Positions 1-10,303 are shown, counted from the first letter of the stretch. The stretch is DNA of 30,774 nucleotides from Thermoproteota archaeon (GCA_032249235.1 JAVVGF010000007.1:1-30774), one strand, 5' to 3'. Numbers and translations: made by a program. The notes: generated by a model not told the origin, from the letters alone.

Positions 1-530
1 AGCACGATAGGAAGTTTGACGAAATCGTGAAACGCCTCGAAGAGCACGATAGGAAATTCGTGACATTAGAAGAGCAGATGAGGAAAGGATTTGAAAACAC
101 TGAAAGATATCTTAAATACTTGGCAGCTACATTGGAAGATATAAAAAGATCTATAGGTATTTCTCTTGAATACTATACTTCTAATTTTGTTGAAATGTTT
201 CTAAAGGAGAAGGGGTTTAAAGAAGTCTCTGTAAACGCGCACGTTAACTTATTCAATCCTTTAAACAACACTTTTAGAGAAATTGATATTTTATGCATAG
301 AGCCACTTGTAGTTGGTGAAGTAACAACGGTTTTGACAAGCATAGAAAACGCTGAGAACGAATTGAATAAATTACTCGATAATACAAAGTTTGCAGAAGA
401 GTTATTTAAGAAAAAGCACTTCATGAAATTATTGGCTGTCGAGAATGTAACTGAAGAAGTTTTAAACTATTTAAAAACCAAAGCTAAAGAATTGAATGTT
501 ACTTTAATTACTGGTAGGGAGGTTGGCTGA
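1..530 (+). CDS. 5'-partial crenarchaeal coiled-coil repeat protein with C-terminal restriction-endonuclease-like (PD-(D/E)XK-fold) domain
   Basis: Frame is open from the window edge. 14-aa/42-bp repeat (HDRKFDEIVKRLEE-HDRKF; agcacgatagga at 1 and 43), followed by an EIDIL...VVGEVT motif. Confidence 0.65.
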   Translation, partial: HDRKFDEIVKRLEEHDRKFVTLEEQMRKGFENTERYLKYLAATLEDIKRSIGISLEYYTSNFVEMFLKEKGFKEVSVNAHVNLFNPLNNTFREIDILCIEPLVVGEVTTVLTSIENAENELNKLLDNTKFAEELFKKKHFMKLLAVENVTEEVLNYLKTKAKELNVTLITGREVG

Positions 531-588
531 CTTCCTCTAACGTATTTTATTTCCGTGTTTTTGATTTTAGAAATTATTTTGCTTAACT

Positions 589-1038
589 TCATTTTATCAA
601 ATAATTATTTTTTATATGTTCAACTGTTCTTTCGGGATCAAAGACTCCTTTCATATCGAATGATCCTCCATCTTCTTTGAAGAATCTTACTGAACCAGTA
701 ATGTAAGATGCACGTTTTCCGTTTAATATAGGAGGGAATACTCTATATGCCCTGGCGCGTATTATCACAACTGGCTTTACTTCTAAAACTTCTAAGTCCT
801 TTATTTCTTCCCATTTGATGATAAGTTTATTATTCTTCCATATCCCATTTTGATTATACCAGTAAAATGGCTGAAAGATAGACTTGGCAGCTAATGCATA
901 AGCTGACATTGGTGGAAAAATTATCTTAAATCTGAAGATGAGTGAAATAAGAATTAATAAGAAGAATCCTCCAATGAAAATTGAAATATTACCTATTATT
1001 GATGAGCCAAATTTTCCTTCAAGCGAATAAAAATACAA
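589..1038 (-). CDS. Hypothetical membrane protein; true start uncertain, possibly a frameshifted 5' end
   Basis: Hydrophobic N-terminal segment. The frame stays open upstream to ~1125 (FIDTETFKKRYLVSIAIFTFYTVFFSSIG, a second TM-like stretch) with no ATG. Confidence 0.5.
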   Translation of the reverse strand: MYFYSLEGKFGSSIIGNISIFIGGFFLLILISLIFRFKIIFPPMSAYALAAKSIFQPFYWYNQNGIWKNNKLIIKWEEIKDLEVLEVKPVVIIRARAYRVFPPILNGKRASYITGSVRFFKEDGGSFDMKGVFDPERTVEHIKNNYLIK

Positions 1039-1222
1039 TCCAATTGAGCTAAAAAATACTGTGTAAAATGTAAAAATTGCTATCGAAACTAGATAACGTT
1101 TTTTAAAAGTCTCTGTATCGATAAATTATCTTCTTCTTCATTATTTATATTTTTTATTTCAATACCTTCTTATTTTCTAACGATAATTAGTTCAAAACAA
1201 ACATTTTATAAAACATCTCGCT

Positions 1223-2548
1223 TCAAACCATAATCTCAACGAATTGAGGTATATCAAGCATAGCTAAGAACAATGAAACTGGTATTACACCTTCATCTAG
1301 AGTATCTTTACTTAATACAAATACTTTCTTCATTTTACCTAACACCTTGAGCGTTTTCCTAACTCTACCAAGTTTTACCTCGAACCCAATCAATTCATCA
1401 CCATGTCTTATCGTGATATCAAGCTCCTCATCTCTCTTAATATAGTTTACTTCGAATAGTCTAGATAAATGAGAAACGACCAGGGCTTCTAATAATTTGC
1501 TCTCATCTAGTGCTTTACTCATTGTCCATTTAGAGAAGGCTGAATAAACAAAAGGATCTATGAAATAGAATTTCTTTTGTTTTCTAGATAAAACTCTCAG
1601 ATCATTGACATCTATTGCTTCAATGACCTTCAATATGAATAATTTCTCCATTAAATGAACATAGCTGATCGCAGTCTTAACATTTCCTACACCATATTCT
1701 TTAGAGATGCTTTGAAAGCTGAACTCTGAAGAACTTTTCTCAATTATCGCTTTAACAGTCAATTTGAAGAATTTTTCGCTTCTTTTAAGTTTGTTTATAT
1801 CGCTTATAATACTACTTAAAAAATCGAAAATGGTAGCATTTCTAACTTTACCTTCTATAATGAAATCTTTTATTGGATTAGGAAAGCCTCCAGTGATCAA
1901 GTAAAGCTCTAATAAATCGTTTAGCTTAGGCAAATAGGCTTGATACTTAAAGTAATTATTTAAGACGAAATCCAGATTTCCTTTTGGTAAATCTATTCCG
2001 AAAATTCTTATATAACTAGAGAAAGATAAGGGTAGCATGATTAAGGTTTTGCCATAACCTCTTCTTCCTGGAAAAGCTTCAATCTCCCTCTTTGCTTCCA
2101 TAGATAACGAGCCAGAGAGTATTAGTACATCTTCATTGAAATCTCCTTTATCTATTCTGAATTTAATTGCTCTATACCATTCTTTAGGAAATGTTACTTC
2201 ATCTAGAATTATATAAGATGTTTTAATTCTTTCCCTTTTCTTAAATTTTAAATACATAGAAATTACTTCATCGAGTTCTTTATAATCCGCTAATTTATCA
2301 CATGAAAAATAGAATATAGATTTAGGGTTTATTTTTTCATCTAATAATTTTTTAATCAAGAGTATTAAAGAAGTCGATTTACCCACTTGCCTAGGTCCAA
2401 ATATAAAATTTAGTGAAAATGGTCTTAGGGAAAGTTTTTCTTCAATCTTTGGATCCCATTTATTAGGTGATTGAAGATATTTCTTATAATATTCATTCTC
2501 TAAAAGTAGTTCCTGTGAAATCCACCATGGGTTTTGCTCTTCAATCAT
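1223..2548 (-). CDS. AAA+ superfamily ATPase (AAA_14 + DUF4143-type C-terminus)
   Basis: N-terminal QNPWW, Walker A GPRQVGKS, Walker B IILDEV, LSGS, TGGFP, KKFYFIDP and C-terminal ELD...FEVK. ATG at 2548 preferred over TTG 2569 because TTTATAA lies ~27-33 bp upstream. Confidence 0.9.
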   Translation of the reverse strand: MIEEQNPWWISQELLLENEYYKKYLQSPNKWDPKIEEKLSLRPFSLNFIFGPRQVGKSTSLILLIKKLLDEKINPKSIFYFSCDKLADYKELDEVISMYLKFKKRERIKTSYIILDEVTFPKEWYRAIKFRIDKGDFNEDVLILSGSLSMEAKREIEAFPGRRGYGKTLIMLPLSFSSYIRIFGIDLPKGNLDFVLNNYFKYQAYLPKLNDLLELYLITGGFPNPIKDFIIEGKVRNATIFDFLSSIISDINKLKRSEKFFKLTVKAIIEKSSSEFSFQSISKEYGVGNVKTAISYVHLMEKLFILKVIEAIDVNDLRVLSRKQKKFYFIDPFVYSAFSKWTMSKALDESKLLEALVVSHLSRLFEVNYIKRDEELDITIRHGDELIGFEVKLGRVRKTLKVLGKMKKVFVLSKDTLDEGVIPVSLFLAMLDIPQFVEIMV

Positions 2549-2718
2549 TTGTGTAATATAAATCCACAATGACTTATAAATATTGTTTACTCAAGATCTA
2601 CAAGGTAAAAAATTAGATGCATGGTAGTGGTCAGCTATGTACCTACCTTTAATAGTCTTTAAATTATTCTTAAACTAAACAGTCAAAAAATTTAAGAAGC
2701 TTAAATTCAAAACTAATT

Positions 2719-3681
2719 TTATTTTATTATATCTAACAAATAATTTAGAAGTTCATTTATTCCGTAACCTTTTTCAGCACTTATTTCAAAATAATGTTCT
2801 TTTTCTAGCTCACTTTTAATTAAAGTATATAATTCTTTATTAACATCATCAATTTTGTTTATTACAGGTACAACTATTTTACCTAACTCTTTAACTTCAT
2901 TGTATAAGTTTATTTGTTCTTTTGGCGTGAGCATAGATAAACTGGAAGCATCGAAAAGAAAAACAATCACGCCTTCCAAATTCTTAATAGCATTTATAGC
3001 CTTCAATTCTATCTTATTCCTTTCCTTCATAGGTCTATCGAGTATTCCAGGCGTATCTATTACTTGTATTTTCTTAAATTCATCTATTATATGACCTACG
3101 TGCACGTCTTTAGTTGTAAAAGGATAAACAGCGACTTCAGGCTTTGCTGTAGAAATTTTACCAACTAAGGTGCTTTTACCTGCATTTGGAGGCCCAGCGA
3201 TTATAATTGTTGGTAAATTCGGATCTATGGCATGGAGTTTTTTCAGTTGTTTAGAAATTTCAATTGCAAAATTTATGCATTTCTTTCTTCTTCTTAAAAT
3301 CGAAAAGACTCTTCCAACATATTCTCTTAAATATTTATTAAAATCTTTTTCTTCTTTTAATACTAATCTTGAATAATCTTTTGATAATTTTCTTGTTAAG
3401 AATACAGCATGTTTGATAGAAGCTAAGCAAATTCTAAATCTATCTAAGTCGCCAGTTAATATCTCAACTACTTCTTTATAAAAAGGATGCAGTTCATTTA
3501 TTTTAGGAAAAGATTTCAAAAAGAACTCATATCTGCTTACTTGTTCTTCAACAAATCTTATCCTTCTTAAGCATCTCTCCTTAGGATCACTAGTAGCTAT
3601 TTTCGGTAAACCTTCTAGTATCTTCTTGATTGTATCCTCAGTCTCTAATGGTATTTTAATTCTTTCAAAAGGGCTTGACAT
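2719..3681 (-). CDS. nog1: NOG1-family GTP-binding protein
   Basis: LHPFY N-terminal motif, G1 GPPNAGKS, YPFTTK, G3 DTPGILDRP, ERNKIE, G4 NKID, G5 SA. Confidence 0.92.
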   Translation of the reverse strand: MSSPFERIKIPLETEDTIKKILEGLPKIATSDPKERCLRRIRFVEEQVSRYEFFLKSFPKINELHPFYKEVVEILTGDLDRFRICLASIKHAVFLTRKLSKDYSRLVLKEEKDFNKYLREYVGRVFSILRRRKKCINFAIEISKQLKKLHAIDPNLPTIIIAGPPNAGKSTLVGKISTAKPEVAVYPFTTKDVHVGHIIDEFKKIQVIDTPGILDRPMKERNKIELKAINAIKNLEGVIVFLFDASSLSMLTPKEQINLYNEVKELGKIVVPVINKIDDVNKELYTLIKSELEKEHYFEISAEKGYGINELLNYLLDIIK

Positions 3682-4012
3682 GACTTATGATTTTGATGGA
3701 CTTTCTATTCCATTATTTCATTATTATAATATCTTAATTAAACTATGCTCTATCATATTTCTCTAACACAGAGCCTTAAACCTAAACATATTCACATCAT
3801 CAATGTTTCACTAACTTTTAATGATTTCCTTAATTTATAAAACTCATGAAGAAGCTGTCAAATAAATTTTTAAAAGGAGGAAAGCTTTTTAGGGATTCGG
3901 CATCCTACTACTATTTTGAAAAGTAATAGAAGGTTAAGAACGAGTCCATATGTTTTAGATACTTATGCTTGGATAGAATATTTAAGAGAATCTTATTTGG
4001 CGAGTTTAGTCA

Positions 4013-5377
4013 TTAAGAGATCAATTTTCCGGGATTTAAAATGTTTTTATTATCGATTAACTTCTTAATATTCTTCAATAACTCTAATTGTTTACCAACC
4101 TCATCCTTAACCCACTTTTTCTTTAATAATCCAACACCGTGATGATGCGAGATGGTTCCGCCATTGCTTATAACAATCTTAGTAGTGGTTTCCCATACTT
4201 CTTGTAATATTTCGGTATCTTGTTTCATTATTACTACATTATATAACGAAGCACCGTTTGTATATAAATGAGTCATTCTGGATAAAACATTACTAACACC
4301 TTCTATTGATAATAATGAATTTTTCAATTTATCATATATTTTGGTTAAAACGCTCCAACTTCCAGCTAAATCTAAAGTATCCATCCATAATCCTGAAGAT
4401 ATTAATTTAGCTAATTGTTCCTCATATTTTTTAGAAAATGCTTCTCTCCAAACTTTTAGTAAATCTTTCTCGGCTTCATATCCATTATAATTTTGAGCTA
4501 TTTTTCTTACTACTTTTTCTTGTGCACTAACTAACTCTTCGTCATAACCTCTAATTCTAATCAAGGCTACGCTATATGGCAAACTAAGCATAAGCATACT
4601 ACTATCATTGTCATGTATTACAATTCTATGAGGAGGAGGTAATCTAATTGCAAACTCTCTAGCGAACTTAATACTGGTATCGAAATTATCGAATCTAAAA
4701 GCTAGGTCTCTATATAATGGGGCTAAAGGGAATATTCTTAATTTAGCTTTAGTTATTATGCCCAAAGTGCCTTCAGATCCTATAAATAGTTTCATCAAAT
4801 CAGGAATTATAGAAGTCCTAATAGCCTTCTCAGAACCTAAATATATTAAATCTCCATTAGGGAGTAAAACTTCCATCCATAACACTAAATTTTCTATATT
4901 GCTCTGACTATGAGAACCAGTTCCTCTATGAGCTATAGCTCCTCCTATTGTAGCTAAATAGAATGATTGTGGATGGTAATCTAAAGTATAGCCTTTACTA
5001 TTCAGCCAACTTTCTAGATCACTTATTTTAATTCCGGCCTCTACTGTAACTGTTAGATCTTCATCGTTTAACTCTATTATCTTATTTAACTTGGTCATAT
5101 CAATAACTAAACATCCATTATGATAAGAGCCTCCAACTACACTGGACCCTCCACCATAAGGCACCATACATATGTTATTCTCATTAGCAAGTTTTACAAC
5201 TTCAACTAATTCCTCAATTTTCGATGGTGCTACTACAGCTAATGGTTTTCCCAGATCTTCTCTTAGAAATTCTCTTAATATTAATAAAGGAGTCCAATCT
5301 CTTTTATATCTTTCAATGTCTTTAACTAATATATGAGGAAAACTCTTCTCAAGTACGGTCTGAAACTTCTCAGACAT
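4013..5377 (-). CDS. FAD-linked oxidoreductase (VAO/GlcD superfamily), alkyl-dihydroxyacetonephosphate-synthase-like
   Basis: PYGGGSSVVGG, HPQSFYLATIGG, GSEGTLGIIT, THLYTNGASLY, HHHGVG, NILNPGK. Confidence 0.85.
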   Translation of the reverse strand: MSEKFQTVLEKSFPHILVKDIERYKRDWTPLLILREFLREDLGKPLAVVAPSKIEELVEVVKLANENNICMVPYGGGSSVVGGSYHNGCLVIDMTKLNKIIELNDEDLTVTVEAGIKISDLESWLNSKGYTLDYHPQSFYLATIGGAIAHRGTGSHSQSNIENLVLWMEVLLPNGDLIYLGSEKAIRTSIIPDLMKLFIGSEGTLGIITKAKLRIFPLAPLYRDLAFRFDNFDTSIKFAREFAIRLPPPHRIVIHDNDSSMLMLSLPYSVALIRIRGYDEELVSAQEKVVRKIAQNYNGYEAEKDLLKVWREAFSKKYEEQLAKLISSGLWMDTLDLAGSWSVLTKIYDKLKNSLLSIEGVSNVLSRMTHLYTNGASLYNVVIMKQDTEILQEVWETTTKIVISNGGTISHHHGVGLLKKKWVKDEVGKQLELLKNIKKLIDNKNILNPGKLIS

Positions 5378-5534
5378 AAATAACATTAAAATAAGTTATA
5401 TAAATTTCTAGAATTTACTTTGTTGATCATCAATGAGTATAAGATGTGTAAATTTCTTCAAAATCATGAAACACAGCAAACTTTTAGAATACCTTTATTA
5501 ATCTTAGACACTAATCTAGATTTAGGCGATAGAT

Positions 5535-7373
5535 TTGAAAGATGAAAGTATTTTTAATAAAGTAATCACTGGTTTATCAGAAATAGAATTAAGTAATCAA
5601 TGGCCTGCACTTTTTATTAATAAAGAAATCATACCATATCTTACTTCATCAACTAAAAAAGTATTAAAAATAGCATCTTGGATCATAAACTTTTCACCAT
5701 TACTTTCAAGATTTAAAACATTTAATATGCTAAATTATGAAGAGAAAAGGAAATGGTTGTTAAAAATTAAGGAGGAGAGTCTCACTTATAATATGATTAA
5801 TCTTTTAGAATTACTTCTTAGTGCAGTTTATTATGTAAATCAGGAGAATGCTGTGAAAATAAACTATAAAAGAGAACCTTATATACTGCCATCCAATGAG
5901 ATTATTCAATCAACAACACTTTCTGTACCTTTAAAAGTTCTAAATAAAAAATATGATGTGATAATAGTCGGTAGTGGAGCGGGTGGTGCTGTATCTGCAT
6001 GGAACTTTGCTAGAAAAGGTTATAACGTAGCTATTTTTGAGATTGGTCCTGAACCTACTCGAGAAGAATTTTTAAATGAACATCCTGTGTATCGAGTATT
6101 AAAATATTATTGGGATAATGGGGTTACATTCACATGGGGATCACCAATAATTCATGTCCCATTTGGACGTGTGTTAGGCGGTACGGTTACTTTAAATTCT
6201 GGGACAATGTTCCGTATTCCAGATGAGACTCTTTTAAATTGGAAAAAAGAGACTGGCGCAAATATTAGAAGCGATGAATTAAATTTGGCTTATAAGATCG
6301 TAGAAAATAAATTAAATGTAAAATCAATTCCACAGTACCTGCTTGGAAATAATGCTTTAGTTATGAAGGAAGGCGCTGAAAAATTAGGATTACATCATTA
6401 TCCAGTAAAAAGACCCCTAGGAAGTTGTCACGGTATGGGCGAATGCGCATTTGGTTGTCCATATAATGGAAAATTAGATATGCGGCTCACATTTCTTAGA
6501 GAAGCTGTAGAATATGGGGCATCAATATTTACTTATGCAGAAGTTAAGAAAATAATTATTAATAATGGTAAGGCTCAAGGTGTTTTAGTTAACATCAATG
6601 GCACTAATGTTATTGTTGAAGCTAAAGTTATTATAGTTTCAGCTGGAGCCATCAATACTCCCAAATTGCTAAGAAGCTCGGGTGTAAAAAACAGTAATAT
6701 AGGGAAACATCTTCATATACATCCAGCTGTAGGTGTTACAGCCCTCATGAATTATCGTATAGAGGGGTGGAAAGGTACTATGCAATCATACTGCGTAGAT
6801 AATTTATTAAAAGAACTTCATACACTTCTTCTGGCAACATTTCCTCCACCAGGAATAGGCTATAGCGCAGGAAGTTTATCATTTTCTGAGTTAGATAAAT
6901 ATCCATATCTAGCATCTATAGGAGTTCAAGCTAGTGATGATAGCGAGGGCAATGTTTTTGGAAGACGTATAGCTGGGATTGCTGCGTATAATTTAAGAGA
7001 GCATGATTTAGAGAAAATAAAGGAAGGAATCATCTTAGCATCAGAAATATTGCTTGCTGCTGGTGCAATAAAAATATTTTTACCAATTAAAAAACTAAAT
7101 AGTATAAACAATATTTTAGACGTTAAGAATATTCTAAAAAATACTAAACTTAAAGCATTTAAACTCAGCGCCTATCATCCTATGTCAACTGCTCGAATGA
7201 GTGCAGATCAAGATAGTGGTGTTGTTGATGTTGATGGTAAAGTGTATGGAGTTTCTAATTTATATGTTGCTGATGCTTCTATTCTTCCCTCAACTACATA
7301 TGTAAATCCTCAATTAACAATAAACGCATTGAGTTTTCTAATAAGCGAAAAAATCATTAAGGCGATGTCTTAA
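5535..7373 (+). CDS. GMC-family oxidoreductase, long-chain-alcohol-oxidase-like, with ~135-aa N-terminal extension
   Basis: DVIIVGSGAGG, GRVLGGTVTLNSG, CHGMGECAFGCP, SAGAINTPKLL, SAYHPMSTARM, ADASILP, VNPQLTI. Confidence 0.88.
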   Translation: MKDESIFNKVITGLSEIELSNQWPALFINKEIIPYLTSSTKKVLKIASWIINFSPLLSRFKTFNMLNYEEKRKWLLKIKEESLTYNMINLLELLLSAVYYVNQENAVKINYKREPYILPSNEIIQSTTLSVPLKVLNKKYDVIIVGSGAGGAVSAWNFARKGYNVAIFEIGPEPTREEFLNEHPVYRVLKYYWDNGVTFTWGSPIIHVPFGRVLGGTVTLNSGTMFRIPDETLLNWKKETGANIRSDELNLAYKIVENKLNVKSIPQYLLGNNALVMKEGAEKLGLHHYPVKRPLGSCHGMGECAFGCPYNGKLDMRLTFLREAVEYGASIFTYAEVKKIIINNGKAQGVLVNINGTNVIVEAKVIIVSAGAINTPKLLRSSGVKNSNIGKHLHIHPAVGVTALMNYRIEGWKGTMQSYCVDNLLKELHTLLLATFPPPGIGYSAGSLSFSELDKYPYLASIGVQASDDSEGNVFGRRIAGIAAYNLREHDLEKIKEGIILASEILLAAGAIKIFLPIKKLNSINNILDVKNILKNTKLKAFKLSAYHPMSTARMSADQDSGVVDVDGKVYGVSNLYVADASILPSTTYVNPQLTINALSFLISEKIIKAMS

Positions 7374-7374
7374 G

Positions 7375-7770
7375 ATGAAAGATAAAATTTGGTTCATAAT
7401 TAGACTGCTTTCATTTATAGCATTCCTTGGTTTTGTTTATGTAGGAGCATTATTTGCTTTTAAGCCAGAAATGTTCACAGAAAAATTAATCTCGCCAGAC
7501 TCAGCATTTTGGCATAGTTTAGCTTTAGCTTTCATGGCCACAGTTTCAGTATTGGCTTTACTAATTACGCTTAGTCCTAAAAAATATTTAGATATGTTAT
7601 TGCCATTAGCTATTGGTAAATTTGTTTCATCTTTTTCAAGCTATTATTGGTATATACATTTTAATGTCAACTTTTTAATGTTTAATGTTTTAACAGATGG
7701 GATAATAGCATCAATAGCATTAATTCTTTATATTATAGTTAAGATCTATACTCTGCGCGTATCCTCATAA
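7375..7770 (+). CDS. Four-TM hypothetical membrane protein, probably co-transcribed with the GMC oxidoreductase
   Basis: Starts 1 bp after the GMC stop; four hydrophobic segments. Confidence 0.75.
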   Translation: MKDKIWFIIRLLSFIAFLGFVYVGALFAFKPEMFTEKLISPDSAFWHSLALAFMATVSVLALLITLSPKKYLDMLLPLAIGKFVSSFSSYYWYIHFNVNFLMFNVLTDGIIASIALILYIIVKIYTLRVSS

Positions 7771-7838
7771 TCATATCCAACTAAGAAAATTAATAAATAG
7801 AAAAATTCTACTTCCACGCTAAATAAATCATATATTAT

Positions 7839-8750
7839 TCATAAGTACTTTATTTCTGAAAGATTTTCATCCAAAATTCTAGGAAGAGCATATTCAAAAA
7901 ATGTTCTTTTTACACAAGTTAATTGTTTAGTCTCATTGTTTATCTGCATAGTTATATTCATATCAGCAATTTCTGTATTATGACAATATCTATAACCCTC
8001 AATAGGATCTTCGTATTTTGCGATTATCATATCATTTTTATTTGCAATCACATTAATATTTACTAACACATTTTTACTTATTCTCACATTTGCTAGCAAA
8101 TAATTTATATCGTATTTTCCATTAAAAGGTAATCCGATCATCCTTCCAATATAAAACATTTTACCGTGTAACATAATAGTACCAAACATGATATCTTTAG
8201 TTCCATCAGGTGATACTATAAGCAAGTCCAACCATCCATTATTATCCTCTTCAAAACCACTACAATGAACCCACACCCAATGATGCAAATACCTATTTGA
8301 GGAAATATATCCTATCATTCCTTTATATTCACTTATCTCGTAAACTTTATCATCATACATGATACTTCCATTAAAAATTGCTAAAGGTGTTACCATTACA
8401 TACTCTGAACTCCTTCGAAATACACGAAATAAAAACGGCATACTGTTAACAGTTTTAAAAAGCGGCTTAATTTTAAGAAGCCATCTAAACTTGTTTGTAA
8501 CAGCAGAAGCCTCACCATTTTTAAGCGAAAATATTGCTCTATTTATTTTTGCATAATCCCTACTAATATAGGCATTTCTAATATCATATTTAGCTAAAAA
8601 CCCTTCAGGAATTCTCTCCCCAAATGAAGCAAGCCACAAACCAGAATAACCATTATCCTTAAATAACGCAGTATATCTTAACCAGAAACCAGAACCCTTA
8701 CGTGCAAATGTCATAAAAATAACCTTATAACCTCTAATAAATCTCACCAA
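7839..8750 (-). CDS. Uncharacterised beta-rich protein, possibly tocopherol-cyclase/AttH-like fold
   Basis: 303-aa ORF with GFWLRYT, HWVWVHCSGF and YEDPxxGYRYCHNTEIAD motifs; fold assignment is recognition only. Confidence 0.5.
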   Translation of the reverse strand: MVRFIRGYKVIFMTFARKGSGFWLRYTALFKDNGYSGLWLASFGERIPEGFLAKYDIRNAYISRDYAKINRAIFSLKNGEASAVTNKFRWLLKIKPLFKTVNSMPFLFRVFRRSSEYVMVTPLAIFNGSIMYDDKVYEISEYKGMIGYISSNRYLHHWVWVHCSGFEEDNNGWLDLLIVSPDGTKDIMFGTIMLHGKMFYIGRMIGLPFNGKYDINYLLANVRISKNVLVNINVIANKNDMIIAKYEDPIEGYRYCHNTEIADMNITMQINNETKQLTCVKRTFFEYALPRILDENLSEIKYL

Positions 8751-9408
8751 TCATTTTATCGCAACCAAAAAAATAAAACCTTAACAATATTTTCTTTCTT
8801 CCTTCGTAAGATTCTGTTCAAAATACTCTAACCACTAAATGCTTTTTTCTTAGCCTCTTCCAATTCTTTTAGTATTTCTTTGAAGACCTATAACATACTA
8901 GTTTTCTTTTAAAGAAGAAAAGCATTAGAACTCACATATAAAATTCATTATTATCATTTTTTACGAAATTGGTTTCCCCTTATTTAGTTCACAAAAGATT
9001 TAAACACCTAAAAATGTTTCCTGAAACCTATATCTTTGTGTAAGTTATAGCCTAGTAATGTATTGTAGGCTAGAATACTTATTATCACTTTCTAGATATA
9101 CATCGTAAATATCTCTGCACAAGACGAATTTCTTTCTAGTAAAGATTTATTATTAACATCGCCACTCTAATCGTTATTACTCGTATTATTAAAAGTTGAA
9201 TTATCTTGAATAGAATAAAGACGGTTTGAACTAAAGCTCCCACTTCATACTCAAATCGAGCGATTAAAACTATATTCTTTTAAGAAATTATACTAAAATG
9301 TGCTTAGAATGACGATCTTCATATATAAAATCTTATCGATAATGATGATAGAGCTTGCAATTCTAGGTAATACTCTAGAAAGCATGCTAGGTGCTGAAGG
9401 TGATAAAG

Positions 9409-9783
9409 GTGGGAGCAGTTAGGCAAGAGTTGCGTGTTAAAGGAGATAAGGGAGAGAAGAGAGTTAGCGTCCTATTTGATAGTGGTGCATCCAGATCTTT
9501 TATTCGAAGCGATGTTGCGTTGGAGCTCTCCACTCCGCGAAAACTGATTATTCCAAGAGAATTTGTGATAGCTAATGGGGATAAAATCATTTGCAATTTT
9601 TTCTGTGATTTAATAGTTGAGATTGAAGGGAAAGAGATAGGGATTGAGGCTTTTCTAGTCGATAAATTGCCAGTTCCCTTAATCTTCGGGGCATTGGATA
9701 TGGAAGCTTACAGGATCAAGCTCGATCTAGCCAAGAGAAAGCTTGATCTATCAGAGTTTACAGGATATATGCTAGCTCTTTAA
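9409..9783 (+). CDS. Retropepsin-like (clan AA) aspartyl protease
   Basis: LFDSGAS catalytic motif and LIFG psi-loop motif. GTG at 9409 follows a GGTGA Shine-Dalgarno-like site (the ORF track starts at 9391). Confidence 0.85.
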   Translation: MGAVRQELRVKGDKGEKRVSVLFDSGASRSFIRSDVALELSTPRKLIIPREFVIANGDKIICNFFCDLIVEIEGKEIGIEAFLVDKLPVPLIFGALDMEAYRIKLDLAKRKLDLSEFTGYMLAL

Positions 9784-9951
9784 GATTTTCTTAGTGATCA
9801 AAGGAATATGTGCTTTGTAAACAGAATTGAATTACTCAGTTTTTATCGCTTATGAATTTTTATGAAGTATAGGTAGGATACATGCTCATCTGCATTAAAG
9901 TTATTTAAATTAAAGATTAGTTATTGGTAAGGATTTGCGTAATGCTTAGCT

Positions 9952-10303
9952 ATGATGCACGTCTTTGTAAAGGTTAGATTTAGGGGAAAGGGAGATAGAG
10001 TTAGAAAAAGTTCTTATTGATACAGATGCTTCATTTACCGTTATGCCTCTTGATTTCGCTGAAAAACACTTTATCCAAACTCCCTTTGTGGTTGACCTTA
10101 AGCTTAGAGATGGTAGATTTGTTAAAGCTAGGGTTTTCATTGCTGAAGGTGAAATTGAAGGTGGGAAAGGCCCGTTAAGAATAGTAGCTTTTGAAAAAGC
10201 TTCACCAGTTATTGGTGTTGATACCCTAGAAACTCTTAGGCTTAAAGTAGATCCTATAACTGGTAAGATGGAGAAAACAGAGTATTACATGCTTTACATT
10301 TAA
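9952..10303 (+). pseudogene. Frameshifted retropepsin-like aspartyl protease
   Basis: MMHVFVKVRFRGK in one frame continues as EIELEKVLIDTDASFTVMP...VIGVDTLETLRLKVDP in another. The catalytic DTG reads DTD. Confidence 0.75.

Noticed and set aside
527-537. ctgacttcctc, matching the tip of the IS605-like element at 14971
   Set aside because: Only ~9-11 bp with no hairpin; cannot be told apart from chance.
9342-9397. ATGATGA...CTGA spaced like a C/D box sRNA (56 nt)
   Set aside because: No convincing internal D'/C' boxes and no recognisable rRNA/tRNA complementarity.
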